Shown: positions 27,401 to 32,081 of the stretch, one piece after another | How the letters are laid out: each line of letters opens with the position of its first letter | Numbering within the stretch: position 1 is the stretch's first letter | Sequence record: NZ_CP063125.1 | Reading direction: 5' to 3' (one strand) | DNA from: a plasmid | Length of the DNA stretch: 32,081 bases | Translations under genes and position numbers: made by a program | The notes under the pieces: model-generated | Database searches by the model: none | What the model saw: the letters and a program-made list of their open reading frames with translations, nothing else | What the model was told of the DNA's origin: nothing

Positions 27401-28191
27401 TGTAAACTGAAAAAGAGGGAGTAAATAGCGCAGTCTTTTACTCCCTCTTTTTTAGTTGAGCAACCGGAGCCGTCAGGCGTAGGGCGGTAGCCTTTGGGGC
27501 TTCCCCTCCCGTTGGTCGGGTCGGGCTATATTTTTCGGCTGCACGTCCGGCAAAAGCCGGTCTTTTCGCTCGAAAAACTCAACCAAATAAAACAGGCTGC
27601 TTTTTCGCGGCCCGTTTTATCTGTTTTCGCCCGTCCGGGTTACTATCCCTAAGCTGTTCCGTCCTCCGGACGGCTTAAAAGGGCTTCGCCCCTTAAGAAT
27701 CCCCATAAAGGGGTTAAAAACCCCTTTAAACCCCCCTTATTCTTTTCTTGCACTTTTACTCTCCTCTTCCCTCGATAACTTCTCTACGGGCTTTATTTTT
27801 CGTTAGGGTTCTGCAGGGCGTGAATGCTTGTGGGCTGTTTGATTTTGAGCGTGTTAAACGGTCATTTCTCCGCTCTGACATCGAGCAGGGTTCCGGGCAA
27901 ATGCGGCGGCTTTGCCCTTCCATCAAGGGGGGGATTCTTGCAAATCCCCCCTTAATAATCCCCTTTCTTGTCGGAAAATTTAGCAATATATGCAAGTAAA
28001 AAAAGACTTTATTTAATAAATAAAAGTGCGAATATATTTAGATTTATTTTATAAATAATGCAAAAAATAATGTAAAAAATACTTGCAATTAAAAGCAAAA
28101 AAGACTATAATTTATCTCAAGTTGAACGGGAAAACGTTCAGCGAGTTAGCCAAATGTGGCTAGTCTTTTCTTTATACCTAAATGAGGTAAT
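27401..28191. repeat. 791-bp direct repeat, copy B, identical to 22203-22993
   Basis: Base-for-base identity at a 5198-bp offset. It ends 2 nt before the ATG of a different downstream gene. Confidence 0.9.
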
Positions 28192-28193
28192 TT

Positions 28194-28628
28194 ATGTTCA
28201 ATGTAACAGCAATTCAAAAAGCTGAAAATCAGTTAAAAACTTATTCTCAATTTTTCCCTAAAGCTCAAGCGGACGTATTGAAATCACTTCTTGCAAGTGA
28301 GGAATCGTCTTATGTTTGCAATCTGATTGATTCAATTATTCAAAAAATTGAGTCAATGCCTAGTACTTATGAAACAGAAGGGCAAGGCGAAAATGCCTTT
28401 GCTATTCTTCACTATTTTGGGGGAGCGTGTGATTTTTACATCACAGAAAAAGATATTGAGAACGGGCAAAATCAAGCCTTTGGATTGGGCTATATTTGCT
28501 TTCCTGAACTGGGCTATATCAGCCTTCCCGAATTGTTCAAATCGCCTTATATTGAGCTTGATTTGCATTTTACCCCTCAACCCGTTGGGAAGTTAAGAAA
28601 AGAGCTTTTAAAAAGAGTGGGGCTTTAA
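28194..28628 (+). CDS. DUF2958-like protein (144 aa), a family typical of plasmid/ICE leading regions
   Basis: The central motif AFGLGYICFPELGYISLPEL fits the conserved DUF2958 core (AFGL..G...ELGY.SL.EL). This rests on my recollection of the family signature. Confidence 0.55.
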   Translation: MFNVTAIQKAENQLKTYSQFFPKAQADVLKSLLASEESSYVCNLIDSIIQKIESMPSTYETEGQGENAFAILHYFGGACDFYITEKDIENGQNQAFGLGYICFPELGYISLPELFKSPYIELDLHFTPQPVGKLRKELLKRVGL

Positions 28629-28633
28629 TTTAA

Positions 28634-28655
28634 AGAGGGGATACCCCCTCTTTTA
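28634..28655 (+). terminator. Terminator after the DUF2958-like gene
   Basis: The hairpin is AGAGGGG-atac-CCCCTCT, followed by TTTT. Confidence 0.6.
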
Positions 28656-28687
28656 ATAAAAAAATTAAAAAATAATTTGTTTTTTAC

Positions 28688-28716
28688 TTGCAATTTTATT
28701 TTTAATTTGCTATTAT
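28688..28716 (+). promoter_or_regulatory. Sigma70 promoter with the conserved leader for the 83-aa gene
   Basis: The sequence is TTGCAA-17-TATTAT, preceded by TTTTTTAC. Confidence 0.55.
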
Positions 28717-28811
28717 AGTCTCAAGTTAAGCGGGAATGGTTGTTAAATCTTACCGTTTAACGATATGCCAAAAGTGGCAAGTTAAAATAAAATCTTATGA
28801 GGATTTAAAAA

Positions 28812-29063
28812 ATGACATTGACTACAAAACAATATGCGGAAGCCTTAATTTTTTCCTTTGAGAAAAAGGAGAAAATGAAATCTCAAGCCTTTAAAGGGTA
28901 TGAATGGGCGGAAATTTTCTCTTATATAAAGTCTTATCAAACTTTTGTAAAATTGAATAGCTATCAGAAACTATTATTTGTGGTATTAGCTTATTTAAAG
29001 CCGACCCCGCAAAGTAATTTTGTTATTGAGCAGTTAAGCAAAAGAGAAATCTTGTTTATTTAG
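28812..29063 (+). CDS. Hypothetical protein (83 aa)
   Basis: The start has a TGAGGA SD and the gene has its own promoter, leader and terminator. Confidence 0.45.
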   Translation: MTLTTKQYAEALIFSFEKKEKMKSQAFKGYEWAEIFSYIKSYQTFVKLNSYQKLLFVVLAYLKPTPQSNFVIEQLSKREILFI

Positions 29064-29074
29064 TTAAATAATCA

Positions 29075-29099
29075 AAGCCCCCTAAAAGGGGGCTTTTTT
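29075..29099 (+). terminator. Rho-independent terminator
   Basis: The hairpin is AGCCCCC-taaaa-GGGGGCT, followed by a 6-T run. Confidence 0.7.
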
Positions 29100-29202
29100 A
29101 TTTCATAAAAAAAATTTAAAAATAAATGCCTTTTTGCTTGCATTTATTTTTAAGGCGTTTTAGGGCAAGGTTTAGATTTTTCTTCTCACTAGGTTTTGCT
29201 TG

Positions 29203-29270
29203 GCATATTTTGCCCCCATTGAGGGGGCAAAATATGCGAAAGGGGGCGGCATTATATGCCGCCCCCTTTC
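29203..29270. promoter_or_regulatory. Two abutting perfect 15-bp hairpins between convergent genes
   Basis: The first is GCATATTTTGCCCCC-attga-GGGGGCAAAATATGC. The second follows immediately: GAAAGGGGGCGGCAT-tat-ATGCCGCCCCCTTTC. Confidence 0.5.
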
Positions 29271-29286
29271 TATTGATTTGAGTAGT

Positions 29287-29610
29287 TTACTTTTTATCTT
29301 TAATAGCAAATTTCTTATAACTAGGACGCATAGATTCCAGTCTTTCTGTTACCATTTCTTTATGTATTCTGTTTGCGTATTCGTTAAGAGTTTTCCAGGC
29401 AATATAGGAAAACAATACACTTAAAATCAACTTGTTTACATATAATGGTAACTCAATAAAGATAATTTCTATTAAAACAGTACAACCTAAACTTGCAAAA
29501 AGTAGCTTTTTGTTGTTTCTCTTGTAGCAAATTACCCATAAAACGCAACTAAGACCTATGGCAATAATGTTTAAAAAATTTGCTAAAATAAATATGTAAA
29601 TACTTTGCAT
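29287..29610 (-). CDS. Small integral membrane protein (107 aa, about 3 TM helices). One possibility is an entry-exclusion-type protein
   Basis: The N-terminal half is hydrophobic. It is the last gene of the leader operon. Confidence 0.45.
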   Translation of the reverse strand: MQSIYIFILANFLNIIAIGLSCVLWVICYKRNNKKLLFASLGCTVLIEIIFIELPLYVNKLILSVLFSYIAWKTLNEYANRIHKEMVTERLESMRPSYKKFAIKDKK

Positions 29611-29621
29611 TTTACTTGCCT

Positions 29622-30386
29622 TTATTTTGATTTTAGCTCATTGTCAATGTTACTGATAATAATTTTTTGGATTTTATCAGCCTCTTTTGGCGCAATCTTT
29701 TTCACTTCTTCAAAGCCTTTATACAAGCCGACTTGATATGCCGTTTCTTTGTCTTCGGGTTGTTTTGATTTTGTGAGAATAAAGCCTGATACGGCAATGT
29801 TTATGATTGTTAGCCCAGTCAAAACCCATAATAATGGGGTTTTTGATTTGTTTAATACTTCTGATTTTGCTTGTGATTTTTGAGGTTGTACACTTTCAAA
29901 GGATTTTTTAATTTCCTCAATTTTCTTGTTAGAAAACGAATCAAGGCTTGTTATAACTTGATTATTTAAGTCTAAAACTGATTTTGAAAACGCCGTGTGC
30001 ATTTCTGTTCCTGCGTCATCTATTACTTCTAAGGCTTTTCCTATTCCGGCACTAAGTTCATCTAACTTTTCTTGTAATTTTGCGTCGATTACATCGCCTA
30101 TTTGTTTTGGGATTGCGTGTAATGATTCTGTAATTAAAGTAGAGTAGTACTCCATCACGTTTTTTTGCGACAGAATCACGGCGAGAATTGGATCATCTGT
30201 TGAGATTTTTATGTGTAGTTTAGCGAAGCAATCAATAATGAAATTTCTGATAAGCTGATCAAATTCTTCATCATTAAGTGATAAACGTTCTTTGGTTTTT
30301 TCTCGACTATCTTCAATTTTTGTTTGTAAATCGATTAAATCGGTTGTTTCCTGGATAACAGGTTCAATTTGATTTTCAAATTCCAT
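29622..30386 (-). CDS. Coiled-coil protein with a C-terminal membrane anchor (254 aa), in the TraM-like position of the leader operon
   Basis: The true start is ATG 30386 (MEFENQIEPV) with an AAGGA SD. The ORF-track N-terminal 61 aa are a read-through of the GC-rich repeat and are rejected. The TM helix is LLWVLTGLTIINIAVSGFIL. Confidence 0.55.
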   Translation of the reverse strand: MEFENQIEPVIQETTDLIDLQTKIEDSREKTKERLSLNDEEFDQLIRNFIIDCFAKLHIKISTDDPILAVILSQKNVMEYYSTLITESLHAIPKQIGDVIDAKLQEKLDELSAGIGKALEVIDDAGTEMHTAFSKSVLDLNNQVITSLDSFSNKKIEEIKKSFESVQPQKSQAKSEVLNKSKTPLLWVLTGLTIINIAVSGFILTKSKQPEDKETAYQVGLYKGFEEVKKIAPKEADKIQKIIISNIDNELKSK

Positions 30387-30402
30387 AATAGATCCTTTTG
30401 TT

Positions 30403-30560
30403 TTTGGGGCTTTCCCTCCCGTTGGTCGGGTCGGGCTATATTTTTCGGCTGCACGTCCGGCAAAGCCGGTCTTTTCGCTCGAAAAACTCAATCGAATAAA
30501 ACGGGCCACTAAAGCAGCCCGTTTTATTCGCTTTCGCCCATTCGGGTTACTATCCCTAAG
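30403..30560. repeat. Third, diverged partial copy (~158 bp) of the 5' core of the GC-rich repeat
   Basis: It aligns to 22294-22456 with scattered substitutions. One internal hairpin, AAAACGGGC..GCCCGTTTT, keeps its stem but has a different loop. Confidence 0.8.
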
Positions 30561-30592
30561 CCGGTTCAAAAAAGGGCGATAATATCGCCCTT
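30561..30592 (-). terminator. Rho-independent terminator after the TraL-like gene
   Basis: On the minus strand the hairpin AAAGGGCGATA-at-TATCGCCCTTT is followed by a T-run. Confidence 0.7.
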
Positions 30593-30596
30593 TTCA

Positions 30597-31337
30597 TTAT
30601 TCTGCGGTAGATTGTGTTTCGTTAAAGATAGGGTCTAATTGTTCGTAAATGTCGTTAAATACGCGTTTTAAACGGTTTTTAGCCATTAAGCCAAAATTAC
30701 TATCTTGAAGAGCTTCTACAAGGGTCAAACGTGATTTTGTCATTTTTTCTAAATCTGCGGTAAATGCGTCAGAATCACGATTTACGACTTTAATTACACC
30801 GGCTGTTTTATCTGCAACAACTTTTTTCTGCGTGTTGGAGATTTCAACATCACCCTGAAATTCGTTCAACCAAATAATCAATTTTACGTTTTTAGAATTT
30901 TTTACTAATTCATAAAGACTGGCTAAACCCTGTAAAGTATCACTTTGAGATTGTCCGCCGACAATTACAGTGTGAATAAAAACAGGTCTATCTAATTCAT
31001 CAAATAAATCAATAACGCCGTTATCTTCAATATATTTCATCATTGGAACAAATGTAGAAGCACCGTTATCAATAACGAATGTTTTATTTTCTTCATTTAC
31101 CATCAATTCAAAAATGTTATCAAATTTTGATTGGATAATTGCGCCATTTTTTAAAATTTCGATTGGATATGCGTTAATTCGTTCAAAACTTGCAAATGAT
31201 TTATTTACGGGGTCTGTATCTGCGCCGACTAAATCAACTTTTTTATAATCTAAAAAGTATTGTGCGAGTATTGAAGAAATAAATGATTTGCCTACGCCAC
31301 CTTTACCTTGTAATACAATGTTAATGCTATTATTCAT
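30597..31337 (-). CDS. ParA-like P-loop NTPase of the conjugative leader operon (TraL of RP4 / StbB of R388 type), 246 aa
   Basis: The Walker A motif GKGGVGKS is present. It is sandwiched between a small DNA-binding-type protein and a membrane coiled-coil protein next to the putative oriT. Confidence 0.7.
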   Translation of the reverse strand: MNNSINIVLQGKGGVGKSFISSILAQYFLDYKKVDLVGADTDPVNKSFASFERINAYPIEILKNGAIIQSKFDNIFELMVNEENKTFVIDNGASTFVPMMKYIEDNGVIDLFDELDRPVFIHTVIVGGQSQSDTLQGLASLYELVKNSKNVKLIIWLNEFQGDVEISNTQKKVVADKTAGVIKVVNRDSDAFTADLEKMTKSRLTLVEALQDSNFGLMAKNRLKRVFNDIYEQLDPIFNETQSTAE

Positions 31338-31349
31338 TTTAAATACACC

Positions 31350-31781
31350 TTATTTGTTTTGTTTTTCTTTTTCAGCTAATAAACGAGCAAATCTATCATC
31401 TACAGCTTGTTTATCGCTTCTATTATCGTGCAATTCTTTTTTCTCTTCTTGTTTATCAAGAATTGAAAAAAGATTGTCTTTTTTTACGACTTGAGCCGTT
31501 TTAGGTTGGGTTTCAATCAATTTTTCTGGTTGGTTATTTCCTCCTGTTTTTTTAGTTAATCTTTTCCTTGCTCTATAAAGCATATTTTTAAAGTATTTAA
31601 ATGTTACTTGTTTTTCATCATTAAAAAGATAATTGAAAATATCTTGTAAAGAATATCTTCTATTTACGCATTCATTTAAATCTTTTATGTGGGTATCAAT
31701 AGAGTATTGAATCTTGTTCGGGCGGTTTTCAATCTCTTTTTTGAGGGTGTTCAATTTTTCCGCTATGTAGTCGTTTTCCAT
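31350..31781 (-). CDS. Small basic protein (143 aa), a candidate oriT-binding accessory protein (TraK/StbA analogue)
   Basis: It is the first gene of the leader operon. Phased direct repeats lie immediately upstream. It has a basic RARKRLTKK segment. Confidence 0.4.
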   Translation of the reverse strand: MENDYIAEKLNTLKKEIENRPNKIQYSIDTHIKDLNECVNRRYSLQDIFNYLFNDEKQVTFKYFKNMLYRARKRLTKKTGGNNQPEKLIETQPKTAQVVKKDNLFSILDKQEEKKELHDNRSDKQAVDDRFARLLAEKEKQNK

Positions 31782-31854
31782 TTATTACCTCATTACGTTA
31801 GATTTTTGTAGTTTATTTCATAAAAAAAGTATAGTCAAACAAAATTTGCTTTCT

Positions 31855-31945
31855 TTTTGCTTTTTTTATGGTTTCTTATTGCTTCCATTATGCTTCTTTA
31901 TTGGTTTATTGTGCTTTTAATGTGCTTTCTTTATGGTTTCCATAT
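31855..31945. repeat. About 8 tandem imperfect 10-11-bp direct repeats (TTATGGTTTC-like) with phased T-tracts
   Basis: The units are TATGGTTTC, TTATTGCTTC, CATTATGCTTC, TTTATTGGTTT, ATTGTGCTTTT, AATGTGCTTTC, TTTATGGTTTCC and ATATGCTTTTT. Helical-repeat spacing implies intrinsically bent DNA or an array of binding sites upstream of the TraK-like gene. Confidence 0.55.
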
Positions 31946-32081
31946 GCTTTTTGTTGATTACTGTAATAATTTTACAGGCACGACAGCGATGTTTACAAAG
32001 TGCAAGCACCATTGTAAAATCGACCGTGCGAAAGGGGGAACCCTTTCAAACCCCAACGCCCTTACAGGCTAGTTTATCCCT

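Noticed and set aside
22203-28191. I considered whether the 791-bp repeats are an IS element/MITE, a retron msr-msd, or a group II intron fragment.
   Set aside because: There are no terminal inverted repeats, no target duplications and no transposase. No reverse-transcriptase ORF lies adjacent. I see no domain V-like motif. The ends coincide with a terminator and a gene start, not with IS ends.
29200-29424. A 74-aa plus-strand ORF spans the twin hairpins.
   Set aside because: It runs through two perfect palindromes and the 3' end of the convergent membrane-protein gene. It has no SD and a G/P-rich N-terminus encoded by hairpin sequence.
29622-30569. The ORF-track N-terminal extension of the 315-aa protein (MNRLRDSNPNGRKRIK...).
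   Set aside because: The first 61 codons are a read-through of the diverged GC-rich repeat copy. A good AAGGA SD precedes the internal ATG at 30386, so the gene is called as 254 aa.
1-32081. I looked for a CRISPR array, tRNA/rRNA genes, a transposase or integrase, and classical toxin-antitoxin pairs.
   Set aside because: I found no regularly spaced direct repeats with unique spacers and no tRNA-like GTTCGAATC arms. No DDE, tyrosine-recombinase or HUH transposase-like ORFs are present. The only recombinase is the serine resolvase. No convincing adjacent small toxin/antitoxin pair was found.

Overview
This window reads like an almost complete conjugative plasmid, or the transfer half of an ICE. 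The low GC, the AT-rich codon usage and one Hin-type USS (AAGTGCGGT, 4853-4861) suggest a Pasteurellaceae host; the USS is weak evidence. The backbone is mosaic. On the plus strand, a MobC-like accessory gene and a 1286-aa MOBP-type relaxase (TraI-like; YLHITLSF and HIHIVIP motifs) lie at 41-4277. A long minus-strand operon (19897 down to 6654) then encodes a small regulator, a lipoprotein, VirB1 to VirB11 including a VirB7 lipoprotein missing from the ORF track, VirD4, a secreted 307-aa protein and SSB, followed by topoisomerase III (TraE-like). parA plus an RHH partner lie at 20992-22189. At the far end, a TraK/TraL/TraM-like leader operon (31781 down to 29622, minus) abuts phased ~10.5-bp direct repeats. 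If the molecule is circular these sit next to mobC, an RP4-like oriT arrangement in which 22.2-29.1 kb is the leading region. No Rep gene, IS element, CRISPR array, tRNA or rRNA is visible. The most unusual part is 22.2-30.6 kb. There, a 791-bp GC-rich structured element occurs as two perfect direct copies plus a third diverged partial copy. Eight or so small genes on one strand each carry their own near-consensus promoter (shared TTTTTTACTTGCAT -35 block), a conserved two-hairpin 5' leader with a short uORF ending in an ATGA overlap, and their own terminator. The genes include a J-domain protein, a strongly acidic 123-aa candidate DNA mimic, a DUF2958-like protein, several unknowns, a serine resolvase with a res-like site, and a candidate sRNA or attenuator. 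I read this as a modular leading-region establishment / anti-defence island. The GC-rich element remains unexplained; it could be a structured ncRNA, a ssi/complementary-strand origin, or an RNA-primed origin.
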